A stretch of DNA of 33,507 nt. Origin: Craspedostauros australis (taxonomy: Eukaryota). This document shows, one piece after another, positions 22,561 to 33,507 of this stretch. The notes beneath the pieces were generated by a model, which saw only the letters and a program-made list of their open reading frames with translations, was not told the DNA's origin and searched no databases. The stretch lies in the NCBI GenBank assembly GCA_030167865.1, contig JALAGF010005889.1, positions 1-33,507 of the forward strand. The letters are read 5' to 3'. The first letter of the stretch is position 1, and every line of letters starts with the position of its first letter. A program made the position numbers and the translations under genes.

Positions 22561-23695
22561 AATACATTAGTCAACCGAAGTAAGAAATTGAGTAGCCGAG
22601 TCCATTCCAGTCTATCACTGTCCCATTCGCACGTTTCAAGGGTTTGGATGTTTTCGTAATGGTGATTGCAAGTGTTGGCAGGACTTTGAGTACTTTGCTT
22701 TGGATGGATGCTGATTTCTTGGGTTGCTTGGATCTGCAGAGTTCCTTGGCGGGCGTCAATGATGTTGTTTGGTCTAGCTTCAATTCAGCATGTATCATGT
22801 TTTCCCCAATCGTGTGCCCAAGTTTTGGTGTAAGCGGTAAATACAATATATACATACTGTTTTTGTATCACTCCGTTGTCGCGGACCTCGCACGATTCCA
22901 ATCCTGCAAACGAGGTCTGATTCATGAGCTACATTCATAGCTCGACTCACCTGCCCATATTCAAACGGTGCCGGAATTACAACGGCCGTTATCGATTGAT
23001 CATTTGACCACACAAACACGCACGTTTGCCGTTTGCGGTTGCCAGACACATCGCAAAAAGTGTGACAGGACCACCGACGCTTCTCCCTGCCAGCAATCAT
23101 CGCGAAACCTCTGTGTTGTTGGTTCTGCTCAACGAAGGCTGAGCGATCCAACTCAAATACACACTCACTGGCCGACTGGCTGACTGGCTGATTGATGGAT
23201 TCGCCGGGCTTCGGAGTTTGTTTGAACAGGACTGCGCGTACACACCTCTCTTCCGCACTCTCAGTTGTTGTGCTTCATTGGCATACTCAAGGCGATCGAT
23301 CGACCAGGAACAAATCAGCCGGAGCACAACAGACACAAACACAACACGCAACAAACAACACGATCGACTGGAGTATCATACGTACTCTGCTTGTACTTCA
23401 CTTCAACACAATAACAACACCAACAAAAGACAGTTGCGAGAATCCTCATCGATCTTCACTGTGCATCTGCATCTGCATCTGCAAGAACGGGATTTATCAC
23501 ATCGTTCTGGGATCGCTTTGTATTGGCATAACCCAGCAAGTCCACATCGCAGTTCAGCTTGTGTATCATCGGTTGTGACTTTGGAGGTTTCAGCGTTGAG
23601 CGACAGTCGCAGGAGGATCAGACAACAGACAACAGACATCAGACATCAGACCGGGCCTGTGGACAGACGAGAGCATTCGTTTGAGCACGGCAATT

Positions 23696-26600
23696 ATGGC
23701 TTTCGGTGGCGTCAGTGCGGAAGCTGGTGCTGCGGCCACTTCGGATGGTGGCGAATCATGGGAGAGCATGCTGAAGTCCCTGGATCTCAACGACAACGTC
23801 AGCGCGGCTCAGTTCGATGGCCTGGCCAACATGCTTCGGGAGAAGCTGGGCGTTGACATGGACCAAAGCGGGTACAGGGAGATGGCGAAAGCCTTCGTCA
23901 AGTGCAAAGTTAGTTCGGCGTCGTCGTCCTCGAAATCTGCAGCGGCAGGACCCTCGGCAACAGACGGAGGATTGGCCGCAGACGCAGCTGCAGCCACATC
24001 CGCAGTGGAGAACATGGCAAACCTGGGGCGTGCGGATCCGCCCATGACGGCCAAATCGGAGAGCGGCTCCGAAAGCACCTTCGATGAGCAACCCACTTGG
24101 TCACTCTCCACCGACAGCTCGAGTCCGGAGAGCGTTGAGAAGACGGTGCCACCACGGGCAGGACTGTCGGCATCGCCAATGAGAATGCGCAGACCCAGCA
24201 ACAACAAACCGATCGACGCCTCGCCGCGATTCGTCCGAGGCCGATCACCAGCACGCGAAAGACAGATGGGCAAGCGCGCGTCGCAGCGCTCCACCAGGAG
24301 CCAAACGCCTCCCTTGAGTCCGTTCACCAGCTTGCGTGGCTCGCAGCACAAGAGAGCTTCGGCAACTGACCAATCGCCCAGACGATCTCGATCGCGTTCC
24401 CGATCGGCCTCGCCGTTCCGTGTCTTCGGACGCGTCAGCTCCAAGCAGCAAATGGCCAACGATGACCGCATGCCAGCTCCAAAGCAGGACCCGCCGTCGC
24501 AGTATGCTGGACAGGCATCGTCGCCATCCGTGTACCTCGACTCGACCATGGATCTCGGGTCACCGGCCCCGCTGCCAACACCCAACACGTCCAGCAGACC
24601 AAGACCCAGCATCGACACGACATCCGGAATCTCGCCCTTGGTCAACCTTCACAAGTCGGCTCCGTCACCGGCTGCGTTTTCGAAGCCCCCGACGCCAGCC
24701 TCCAAGCGCAAGGATAGGACTGATCACCAGCCCTCGATGGACGATATCGACGAACAAGCCACGCGCGGATCATTCCACGCACCAGCAGCTGACGGCTCTT
24801 CTCCTCAAGAGCACCAGCATTCAAGCCCGATCTCCCCTGACTTCACCTTTGGCATGATGAAGGACATCAAGTTCAGCCCGGGCTCATCGCCCTCCAAGCG
24901 AACCTCACCGGGCAAGAGATCGTCGCCACGCGGACGCAAGAGCCCACGATCCAGACCCCCGCGTCCGTTGGAACCGCAGCCAACGCCAGGGCCTGCTGCC
25001 CACGCGACGCCCATGACCGAGGCGCGCGCCAATCCCAACGATCCCGCTTTCATCTTCTCGCCTTCCCCCACCAACCACAGCGGCAACAACCTCACCATGG
25101 ATTTCTCCATCTCCAAAACACCGGGCATGGCACACGTCAACAACAACAACAGCAACAATAATGATGATCACACTTCGCCTCTGTGCAACAATTTCCAGAA
25201 TATGGGCATGGATGCGGACGGCAATGCTACACCGCAGCAGCAGCAACATCAGCAGCAGCAAGCGTTCAACGGGAACACAAACACGATGCCGTCTCCCATC
25301 CCTGTCTTCCAGGCGCCCGAGCAAATCTTTGCTGGTGCCGACACTCCGAGATTCGGAGGCATGAGCAATGCCATGGGACACAATGCGCCCTCTTTACCAA
25401 CACCGAAGGCGATCAACGTGGACCTCAGCATGGACATGGCCGCAGCTCACGTTCAACCCAACTTCGGGATGGACAACACGACACCCAAGAATGCCACAAC
25501 GTCCGTTTCAATGGACACCCCAGCAGGCGACAAGCAGCAACTGCCAAAGTTCGATACGGGCATCAAGTTCGCCACGGGCGTCAAGTTCGACGTGGACAGA
25601 GCAACCCCGAGCACCCTCAAGAGCAGAAAGAATCGACCCAAGGGCAGCGCGTTGAAGTTCCGACACATTCGCGTTTCGCAGTCCGCCACCAAACCCGCGG
25701 CAGCGCCAGCAACCAACGCACAGGCAGCAGCAGCAGCAGCGCCAAGCGCGAGCGCGAAACCACCGACTGATGCGCAGGCATCGGTCTTTGGCAGAGGTGT
25801 GCACATCGATACCTCTGCCCCGACCCCTCCATCGCCAGGAGGTATCAACTTGAGCCCCATGAGCGTGGATGGAAACGGTATGGGAACTCCGGGTCCTTCG
25901 TTCGGAGGCGAGACGCCAGGCGCAGCGAAGTTCGCCACGGAAACGCCAACGATGGATCAGGGATGCTTGTTTAGCATCGGGGTCGGTGACAAGACCAAGC
26001 CGCAATCTGCCAGGCACAGACCCATGTCCGCAACGCGAGGCGTCACCATCAATCCAAACGGTAGAACCGCAAGACCACGAAGCGCACGCCGCGGAGGATC
26101 CAGCACGGGCGTCACGTTCGCAAACAAAACGGCACCGGCTGTTTCACGCACTTCAATTCCAACCAAGCCATTTGCGCAATCGGAGCCGCAGGCCGCATCG
26201 CAAGTGCCGGCACGAAGCTCCTTGCGTCAGGCGTCGCGCTACACGACCACCCAAAACGAGGAGCAGGAGGCAGAGGAGAAGGGCGTCGACTACTCCGGCC
26301 TTCAAAGCTACGTGCAAGCCCAAAGGGATGAGGCTCGTGAGCTGTACATGACAGGCGACTACCGTGCGTCCATTATTCGCAACACCAACACCATCAACAT
26401 ATGCAAGCCCTCGCTGCCCAAAAGTGAACGTCATATCCTCGCCGTCATCCTCTCCAACCGTGCCGCTGGTCTGTTGATGGTCGGGGCCTTCCGGGCTGCG
26501 GCGGATGATTGCAAGGAGGCGCTCGCGTGCATCGCTTCGATCCCGCGCAATGCCGCTTCAGCGGACACCAGTCCGGTGTCGGCCGCGAAGGTATGGCACC

Positions 26601-28351
26601 GACTCGCCAAGTCACTGCTGAAGCTGGGAGAAACCGAGCCAGCCACAGAGGCGTTCAGCAGCGCCATGAAAGCGGCGGAGAAGTCGCTGGCGGAATCCCT
26701 CGATATGGGAGACTCCTCTGCCGTGAATGTCGCACGCAAGGCGTTCGAACAGCTATCAACAGAGGTACACCTTGGCAGGTCCGAAGCCAAGCGCCTTCGC
26801 GAGACCATGCAACGCATCGGCGATTCCAACAACAGAAGATCGACCGGAACCCCTGCCACCGAACGGCGGAAGACTTTGCAAATACTGAGCGATGTATCCA
26901 TCGCTTTGACCACAGCCCCGCAATGCCCATGGCTGCAAGAGAGAAAGATTTCGCTCTTGGCCGAGCTGCGGCGCTGGCGTGAGATTGCAAGCTTCTGCGA
27001 ACGTCTGGCCACGTCTAATGCCGAAAGCGACGGTGTCTTCACCCAGGACCTCGAGTCGAAGAATCCTTTCCCTGGTGTTCCACAGCTGCGGTCGTTGGCG
27101 CCCAACTTCTTCGGCGACGCAAAGGAAGATGAACTGCCCGGCGCCGAGTTGAAGCTCAATTCGAAGGCGGTTGCTGAGGCCGTGCTGCGCATGCCACGTC
27201 AGCTCATCCTGACCTACGCCAGGGCTCTGCGCTTGGAAGAACGGTATCCCGCCGCGGAGGCGCTCATCGCAACCTTGCAGAGCTACGTGCGTGAGCGATC
27301 GAAGATCGCCGGTAACGGTGGCATCCGCTCAGGATTCGCATGGCTCAACCGTGAGCACGACAAGCTGATTCGCACCAGGATGGCCCGCGAACGCGGTGAT
27401 GAGCTGTTCCGTGCCGGACGATTCGACGATGCTGCGGCCATGTATGCGCAGTGCCTGACGATCGATGTCGAAGGCAGCGATGCGCGCAATGGATCAACAT
27501 CCGGGGGTCGTCTGCATGCAGTCCTTTACTGCAACCGTGCTGCCTGTCTCATGGCGCAGGGACGATACCACGAGGCCATTACCGAATGCACGGCAGCGCT
27601 TCGCATCCATTCGAGATACATGAAGGCGATGGTGCGCCGTGCCAGATGCTACACGAAGCTGGATCGGCTGGAGGAATCCATCGCGGAGTTCAAGAAATGG
27701 ATCGAACTTGCCAACGAGGGGCAGCAACCAAGCTCCAGCATGACAGCCGTGCTCACCCCGTGCCTCTTCGACGGCCCGCACGAGGTGTCCGAATCTGAAA
27801 TGAAGAAGGTCAAGACAGAGCTGGAGAACGTGATGAAGATGAAGACGAAGCGCGAGGCTGAGATGCGAGCGCAGGAATCGTCCAGACGCCAATACGACTT
27901 CCACCAGCGACAGCAACGCAGCAACAGCGCCAACCATGGCGAGGCGCACCGCCGTCGTGAACAATTCTTCAACCAAAAGAACGGTGGGACGCGACGATGG
28001 GACTCGTTTGCGGACAGAGGTCCGAAGGGAAGCAACAGCGGCAGCAGCAGCAGACGCCCACGCTCGGAGCACAAGAAGTCGAGCCCCAAACCACCGCCGA
28101 AATCGTCGGTGTCCACAACGCCCAAGAATGGCGACGATCATTACGCCGTGTTGAAGGTGCCATCATCCGCCAGCGAAAGCGAAATCAAAAAGGCATACCG
28201 CAGATTGGCGCTGAAGTACCACCCTGACAAGAACAGCGATCCCAAGGCCGTGGATATCTTCCGTCGGGTCTCGCAGGCATACGAAACGCTGAGCGATCGA
28301 TCGGCCCGGCGTCAGTACGATCGAGAGCGCCCCTTCCGACGACAGTTCTAA
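23696..28351 (+). CDS. TPR- and J-domain co-chaperone (DNAJC7/TPR2-like) with very long disordered N-terminus (~1551 aa)
   Basis: TPR motifs ([75 protein letters not shown]) and C-terminal J domain DHYAVL...[17 protein letters not shown]; first ATG at 23696 after ~500 ATG-free nt. Confidence 0.92.
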   Translation: MAFGGVSAEAGAAATSDGGESWESMLKSLDLNDNVSAAQFDGLANMLREKLGVDMDQSGYREMAKAFVKCKVSSASSSSKSAAAGPSATDGGLAADAAAATSAVENMANLGRADPPMTAKSESGSESTFDEQPTWSLSTDSSSPESVEKTVPPRAGLSASPMRMRRPSNNKPIDASPRFVRGRSPARERQMGKRASQRSTRSQTPPLSPFTSLRGSQHKRASATDQSPRRSRSRSRSASPFRVFGRVSSKQQMANDDRMPAPKQDPPSQYAGQASSPSVYLDSTMDLGSPAPLPTPNTSSRPRPSIDTTSGISPLVNLHKSAPSPAAFSKPPTPASKRKDRTDHQPSMDDIDEQATRGSFHAPAADGSSPQEHQHSSPISPDFTFGMMKDIKFSPGSSPSKRTSPGKRSSPRGRKSPRSRPPRPLEPQPTPGPAAHATPMTEARANPNDPAFIFSPSPTNHSGNNLTMDFSISKTPGMAHVNNNNSNNNDDHTSPLCNNFQNMGMDADGNATPQQQQHQQQQAFNGNTNTMPSPIPVFQAPEQIFAGADTPRFGGMSNAMGHNAPSLPTPKAINVDLSMDMAAAHVQPNFGMDNTTPKNATTSVSMDTPAGDKQQLPKFDTGIKFATGVKFDVDRATPSTLKSRKNRPKGSALKFRHIRVSQSATKPAAAPATNAQAAAAAAPSASAKPPTDAQASVFGRGVHIDTSAPTPPSPGGINLSPMSVDGNGMGTPGPSFGGETPGAAKFATETPTMDQGCLFSIGVGDKTKPQSARHRPMSATRGVTINPNGRTARPRSARRGGSSTGVTFANKTAPAVSRTSIPTKPFAQSEPQAASQVPARSSLRQASRYTTTQNEEQEAEEKGVDYSGLQSYVQAQRDEARELYMTGDYRASIIRNTNTINICKPSLPKSERHILAVILSNRAAGLLMVGAFRAAADDCKEALACIASIPRNAASADTSPVSAAKVWHRLAKSLLKLGETEPATEAFSSAMKAAEKSLAESLDMGDSSAVNVARKAFEQLSTEVHLGRSEAKRLRETMQRIGDSNNRRSTGTPATERRKTLQILSDVSIALTTAPQCPWLQERKISLLAELRRWREIASFCERLATSNAESDGVFTQDLESKNPFPGVPQLRSLAPNFFGDAKEDELPGAELKLNSKAVAEAVLRMPRQLILTYARALRLEERYPAAEALIATLQSYVRERSKIAGNGGIRSGFAWLNREHDKLIRTRMARERGDELFRAGRFDDAAAMYAQCLTIDVEGSDARNGSTSGGRLHAVLYCNRAACLMAQGRYHEAITECTAALRIHSRYMKAMVRRARCYTKLDRLEESIAEFKKWIELANEGQQPSSSMTAVLTPCLFDGPHEVSESEMKKVKTELENVMKMKTKREAEMRAQESSRRQYDFHQRQQRSNSANHGEAHRRREQFFNQKNGGTRRWDSFADRGPKGSNSGSSSRRPRSEHKKSSPKPPPKSSVSTTPKNGDDHYAVLKVPSSASESEIKKAYRRLALKYHPDKNSDPKAVDIFRRVSQAYETLSDRSARRQYDRERPFRRQF

Positions 28352-28366
28352 ACGATATGGCATGCA

Positions 28367-28414
28367 CATACACATGTACATACACATGTACATACACATG
28401 TACATACACATGTA
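28367..28414. repeat. 12-bp tandem repeat (CATACACATGTA)4
   Basis: Four exact copies just after the J-protein stop codon. Confidence 0.95.
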
Positions 28415-28685
28415 CATGGCAGGTGATGGTATTGACGAAGGTTTCGTTGATCGGTCGATTTCGCAGTGGGCGTCTCTTTGTATCATTGCTACTCGTCGAG
28501 CAGCACCACATAAAATAGCACAATACATCGTAGCACCAAAATCGAACATTCAAACAACGACATGAAAGTAAAGTTAAAGTCCAGAGCATGTGTCGTGGTC
28601 GGTGTCATGCATTCGTCTATTTGCACGGATGGGTTAAATTGGATTGAATTGAGATTGAGCCAACTTTCTTGGGAAGTGGGAACTG

Positions 28686-29876
28686 TCAAATGTCACCCCA
28701 ATGGTCCAAGACTTGGCTTGATGCGCATTGGAAGGTGTTGGTTTCGCCGCTTGCGCCGCCATCATTGTTGGTGCTGCTGCTGTTGTTGCTGAGTTCGAAT
28801 TCATGATCATGCAAGCCGAACCTCAAGTTGAGACTTTCACGTTCAGAACATGGCTCATCGGCGAGGATGCCATGGGCACAAAGGTTCCTGACGTTGCCGC
28901 TGAGCATGTACGCCGAAGCTTGCTTGCAGATCAGCACACCGCCTTGTTCGGCAGCATCGGCCTCATCGCTTGTGCCGTCCTCAGTATTGTTTGCTCCCTC
29001 TTTCGCTTTGCCTTCGTCTTTAAGTTTGTCACTTCGTGCCGGCCTGTATGTCAAGAACACTTGTGCATCGCCGCGCATTGCGATGGTCACAATGATGATA
29101 CCAAATCCATCCTTCAGCGGATGGTCCACATGCGATGGAAGCAAATGCCGCCCGGAATGCAAGTTGGGCTGAGCGGCAATCAAATGCTGCGGTTGCAGGA
29201 TGTCCGCCATTTCGGGACTCGTGAGGAAAGGCCGCAGGGTATCGCACAAGAACTGCAAGGCATCCATCATCTCGGAAGTGACATCGGTGGGAGACAATAG
29301 GACCATGGCACGCTGGTTCTTGGGACGTTCCTCGTCGCACAGTGTTTCGTCTTGCCATGGCATGGAGATGTCCAATCGATCGTGCAGAGTGGCACCCAAC
29401 GTGGTGGGCAAGAACCCGAAGGCGCGTCTTCGAGGGTCGTCCTGCGATCCGCTCCATGAAGTCCAGGCAGATGCCTTCGATTTGATCATGTCGTGCAAGG
29501 ACAGGAATGCCTGATAATGTGTGTCTGGCAGTTTCGGCACCTTTCCGAGTCCTTGGAAAGGAATCGGCAGCGACGGCGATGGTTGCTTGCGCTTATTGGA
29601 TGCATTGTCGCCTTCGCCGTGCGTGTCAGGACCTGCCTCATTCTCCCCACCACCATCTTCCTTTGCTTCTTCCAGAAACCGTGGCCAATCCGCAATCTTG
29701 CTTCTCGTCGCAGATGCAGCGGCCGCTTCGACGAGCTCGGGCGGTGCCGCCAGCAGCTCCTTGATCGCAGCCGCCGTGGTGGCCTCGGATGCTGATGCTG
29801 CTATCAACGCAGCGACCTTGCTGTCGCCTTCTTCATCCACGCGGCGCCGTTTCGGCTTTGGTTTGGATCTTCCCAT
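28686..29876 (-). CDS. AlkB-like 2-oxoglutarate/Fe(II) dioxygenase, probably nuclear
   Basis: QPNLH...PSHVD (HxD), IIIVTIAM, SAYMLSGNVRNLCAHGI (distal His) and ERESLNLRF (RxxxxxR); N-terminal NLS-like KPKPKRRR. Confidence 0.78.
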   Translation of the reverse strand: MGRSKPKPKRRRVDEEGDSKVAALIAASASEATTAAAIKELLAAPPELVEAAAASATRSKIADWPRFLEEAKEDGGGENEAGPDTHGEGDNASNKRKQPSPSLPIPFQGLGKVPKLPDTHYQAFLSLHDMIKSKASAWTSWSGSQDDPRRRAFGFLPTTLGATLHDRLDISMPWQDETLCDEERPKNQRAMVLLSPTDVTSEMMDALQFLCDTLRPFLTSPEMADILQPQHLIAAQPNLHSGRHLLPSHVDHPLKDGFGIIIVTIAMRGDAQVFLTYRPARSDKLKDEGKAKEGANNTEDGTSDEADAAEQGGVLICKQASAYMLSGNVRNLCAHGILADEPCSERESLNLRFGLHDHEFELSNNSSSTNNDGGASGETNTFQCASSQVLDHWGDI

Positions 29877-30545
29877 TGTTCTATTCTACGAGTACGAGTA
29901 TGATCTATGCACACTCCACGCTGTCTGACCCTGATGCCGACTTGGGTTGGACTCTGGATCCTTGTGTGTAGGAATAACGACACAAGAGATCTTTGACAAC
30001 CGCCTTGCGGTTTCGTGACATGCTCGTGCTCCAGAGTGCGCGTACTCGCGTGATGTGTCGACCAAGGATGCCCACGCGTTTCATGCAGCTCCGTGGATTC
30101 GGTTCTTTGGTTCTCGTTTTTTGTTCGTGATGGATCCACTCACGAGATACTCGTGATTCGTTTGAGAAGGTATCTACGATTCCACGGACTCGAAAACGAC
30201 AAGGTGACGATGACACGAAACCAGTGAACAAACGTGGAGCCAACACGTTCGCAACTTCACCGCATCATCGTGGCCATCACCGCTGCTGCCAGTGTTATCG
30301 GAGCTTCCGTCTTCGAGCCACTACATCCACACCCATGAGCGTCGTCCGTCCCAACACAATCCATGTGGATGTCACAAAGCTGTCGGAAGAGGCGGCAAGG
30401 GAGACTCAAGGGGTCGCACCACGGTAGCGATCTACACAATCGGACCCTTTAGACCACCGCACTTATCGGCAACAACCGCATCTGCGGCATCTCCGCATCG
30501 CCATTCAGTGAATCGCAAAATCGAATACGTGCACAAGGATTCACA

Positions 30546-31643
30546 ATGAAGAAACGGTCGAGGAAAGGGTTGCTGCTCGTCGCAGGAATCGTGATAGTCG
30601 CGCTCCAGGTGTGTTCAACAATGCGATTCAACCAGCATCCCATGATCGTTCAGTTCAAGGATCAATCATCCTCGCTGTGGGCGTCGACGGCGTCGTCTTT
30701 TACATCCCTGTCGCCTTCGCTGGGGCAGCAGCAGCAGAAAGCCAACACGACGCTCGTCATTGTCTTGGGAAACCTTCGATGCGGCGAGGACGCCTGGGAG
30801 TCGCTGTACAGGAATGTGCTGGACAACAACAGCGCCGACCTGGCCTTGATGATCGGCGATACTTACAGGCAGTATCAGAATGCCTCCATGTTTGGCCGCG
30901 CCAAGTATATCTGGAGATTCAAGGAATACGACGACTGGGCGGATGCCATTGATCTCATCGACGGCCCGGAATGGAGAACCACGCTGCTACCGCACGTCGG
31001 CAACGACGGGCTGCTGGGTGGCGTCAAAGGCAAGCAGAGCACTGGCGGATTGCTGATGATGGTGCGCTGGTTCCTCATTCAGCACCTGGAGGAGGACAAG
31101 ATCTTGGACAAGTACGACAAATTCGTCATCACTCGTTCTGATCACTACTATCAGTGTCCCCACGATTTGGCCCCTCTCGACACGGAGCAGTACCTCTGGC
31201 TTCCAGAAGGCGAATCGTACGGTGGCTACAATGATCGTCATCTGGTGGTTGGCAGGAATCACATCATCCCGGCGATTGATTTGCTCGCGCCGATGGTGAA
31301 GAATCCAACATCCTTCACGCGCAGCAAGCTGACGATGGACGATAACATCGAGCGGTTCCAAACGAGGATGTGGAACCGAAAGGGGTTGCTGCCAAAGGTG
31401 CGGCAATTCAAGCGCATGATGTTCGTCTGTGCCACACGCTTCGACAAAACACGCTTCATGAAACGAACGAGGCAGAAGGTACCGAAGACAAGGCATGGTT
31501 CGATATATCTCAAGTACCCGGATGAATACCATGCCTCCCGCGCTTTCTGTCGTAACACGTCGACGGAGATTCTGTTGCAACATGCCACCGAGCAGCCTGA
31601 GTTCAGGATCCCGAAGGGGGTGTTCAAGAACAAGCAGAAGTAG
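30546..31643 (+). CDS. Type II membrane protein, putative glycosyltransferase-like (secretory pathway)
   Basis: Basic N-terminus + single TM + Ser/Gln-rich stem; globular domain with LVIVLGNLR, YDKFVITRSDHYY and WLPEGESYGGYNDRH. Enzyme class inferred from topology and the RxD motif only. Confidence 0.6.
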   Translation: MKKRSRKGLLLVAGIVIVALQVCSTMRFNQHPMIVQFKDQSSSLWASTASSFTSLSPSLGQQQQKANTTLVIVLGNLRCGEDAWESLYRNVLDNNSADLALMIGDTYRQYQNASMFGRAKYIWRFKEYDDWADAIDLIDGPEWRTTLLPHVGNDGLLGGVKGKQSTGGLLMMVRWFLIQHLEEDKILDKYDKFVITRSDHYYQCPHDLAPLDTEQYLWLPEGESYGGYNDRHLVVGRNHIIPAIDLLAPMVKNPTSFTRSKLTMDDNIERFQTRMWNRKGLLPKVRQFKRMMFVCATRFDKTRFMKRTRQKVPKTRHGSIYLKYPDEYHASRAFCRNTSTEILLQHATEQPEFRIPKGVFKNKQK

Positions 31644-32254
31644 AAGCACAGCGCTCCTCGTAGCTTTCATCATCGAAGTCCACGGGCAAATCATGGGGGC
31701 AAGATGGTGGCGCAGTTGGCGGAAACAGCAGAGGCATCTGCGGAGCATCCAGCCGCGGCACCATCGACGTGCACAGCGTCGCCAACACTGACGCCACCGA
31801 CCACAAATCTGGAACACTGAAACTGACGTCAATACGTAATTCGCCGTGGAATCCCACAATCAGAATCCAAACCCAACCCAACAGGGAAGGTGAAGGTGAA
31901 GGGAAAGAGATGCCAAAGTGGCCGGCCGCGCCAATTTACGTTCGCGCCGCCAACACCTTGAGCCGACTTTCGCAACCTTGACCAGCGATTGCTCGAAGCA
32001 ACATGGATTGCCCTCAGACTTGCACAAGTCGCAAAGTAGTATGCGTACGAGCAGTATCATACGACGACTAGAGTCTTTGTATCGGCGTGTCTGGTCGACT
32101 GAACCTGCCCCCGAGTCCAATGTACGTATTCATGGTATTCGTGAAGAAGACAACGCCTTTCTCCGGGTTCCAAAAAATTCCAAGGAGTGAAACACGCAAA
32201 TCCCAAATGGTCATATCCATGGTGAGTTTTGTTTCACGGTGTTCTTAGCGCGCC

Positions 32255-32328
32255 TGCTTTTAAAGGCAGATCGGGGGGTTCGCAGAGGGCCAAAAATGCC
32301 TTTAAAGGCAGGCCTGCCTTTAAAGGCA
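32255..32328. repeat. Cluster of three 14-bp palindromes TGCCTTTAAAGGCA; two form a 32-bp perfect palindrome
   Basis: Copies at 32255 (one mismatch), 32297 and 32315, the last two separated by GGCC. Confidence 0.92.
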
Positions 32329-32700
32329 GAATTCCGGCCCCTCAGAGGGGGTCAAAATCCCAAAAAATCAGACCCCAACGCAAACATGACACCCCACTGC
32401 GTCAAAACAACACGGTTTTTGCTCTACGCGATACATACGGACGTTGCAACCGCAAATTTACTTCTGGTTNCTGTGCTTTACAGACTAGTGCCAAAATTGA
32501 AGCGCACGCATGCAGCACTTGATGTGACCATGTATTTTACACTATTGCATACAATGCTTCAATGCCAATGGCAATTGATCCACCGCATTCGTCGTATGCA
32601 ACTATATCAGAATTGCTGGTAGATACACTTTGATTGTCATCGGCTCGCCTTTAGTTTGACGTTTACATTGCAGCGGTTTGCGTCTAGAGAGCGTCTACCT

Positions 32701-32750
32701 NNNNNNNNNNNNNNNNNNNNNNNNNNNNNNNNNNNNNNNNNNNNNNNNNN
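32701..32750. other. Assembly gap (50 N) flanked by identical 15-mers AGAGAGCGTCTACCT
   Basis: 32686-32700 is identical to 32751-32765. Confidence 0.95.
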
Positions 32751-33507
32751 AGAGAGCGTCTACCTGAATCATTTCTCTTCGCGGTTCTTCGTGTTGTTGT
32801 GTGGCATGCTTGTGCTGATCGTCGGTGTTGGTGTGGCATCATGCCTTTTGGTGGTTGGTTGTTGCGACATTGGTCGTGTATCACTAATCGACGGACAGAC
32901 CTCGGCCGTCGAAGATGAGGCTCGGATCCTGTGTGTGGAACATGTGGATGTCCGAGGACTTGACAAAGTTTTGTAAAACATGATCTCCGATACATGTGCC
33001 ACACATGGTCTTCTTTCGTGCGTGTCTCAAACAAACCTCGTACAATTACCGTTGTTCTGTCATCGCTTTGCTCAGTGTTCGACCCCTTGTGTCCGTTGTT
33101 TTCACCGGCGGTTAACGGAAATGATTTGACGTTACCATGCCAACTCTGCTGTATTCGCGGTCCATTCTGTCACCGGTACACGTTCGACACGGATGACAAA
33201 CAGCATCAGCCAATCAAACGAATTATGGGTCGCGCATCCACTTTTCNTCGTTCTCCGGAGCTGCCTCCGTCTTGTGCAAAAATCCAACACATCCGCCTTT
33301 CGGCATTCACCACAACAAGCCAAGTCAATGCGTGAGGACGAACAGGCACAACTGCACCGTACTCAGTCTGCAATCGACAATGGCAAAATCAATCCAGACT
33401 CTGCAAGGACAGTCAAATGCCATGTACGTATTGCACCAACGATCAGTCCAATGCAACATCCAACTGTGCAGATGTAACCACCATGAAAATCTTGGTGGAT
33501 GGATGAG

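Noticed and set aside
22571..22855. 94-aa minus-strand ORF after ALDH
   Set aside because: No ATG at the annotated start and no recognisable motif; cannot be supported as a gene.
31824..31831. Third TGACGTCA palindrome
   Set aside because: Lies downstream of the GT-like gene with no supported gene start nearby; it also shows the motif alone is weak evidence.
32766..33507. Possible transposon coding remnants right of the gap
   Set aside because: No transposase, RT or integrase motif recognised in any frame.

Overview
Eukaryotic nuclear DNA, most likely from a diatom or other photosynthetic stramenopile. The evidence is GT-AG spliceosomal introns, bipartite ASA-FAP-type plastid presequences, an RNREHA-type bZIP and A/C-rich 5' leaders. 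Eleven protein-coding genes can be supported: a membrane-anchored GH81 beta-1,3-glucanase with Cys-rich C-terminal modules, a Tat-type thylakoid lumen protein, a VGT-like sugar porter, a small plastid membrane protein, a bZIP factor, a PP1 inhibitor-3/Ypi1 homologue, an ankyrin-like protein, an aldehyde dehydrogenase, a large TPR+J-domain co-chaperone, an orphan AlkB-like dioxygenase and a putative glycosyltransferase. Four coding introns were reconstructed by hand and all restore the reading frame. The most notable observations are: (1) a 400-nt AG-free tract plus a long ATG-free leader, implying an unannotated ~0.9 kb 5'-UTR intron with a very distant branch point in the bZIP gene, with long AG-exclusion zones in other introns too; (2) the neighbouring GH81 glucanase and VGT-like transporter both carry acidic di-leucine-type sorting motifs, suggesting a vacuolar chrysolaminarin mobilisation pair; (3) a shared promoter motif set upstream of both plastid-targeted genes; (4) a nested 32-bp perfect palindrome next to an assembly gap. 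No CRISPR array, rRNA, tRNA or intact transposase was recognised. All calls come from reading the sequence by eye; no database search was run.
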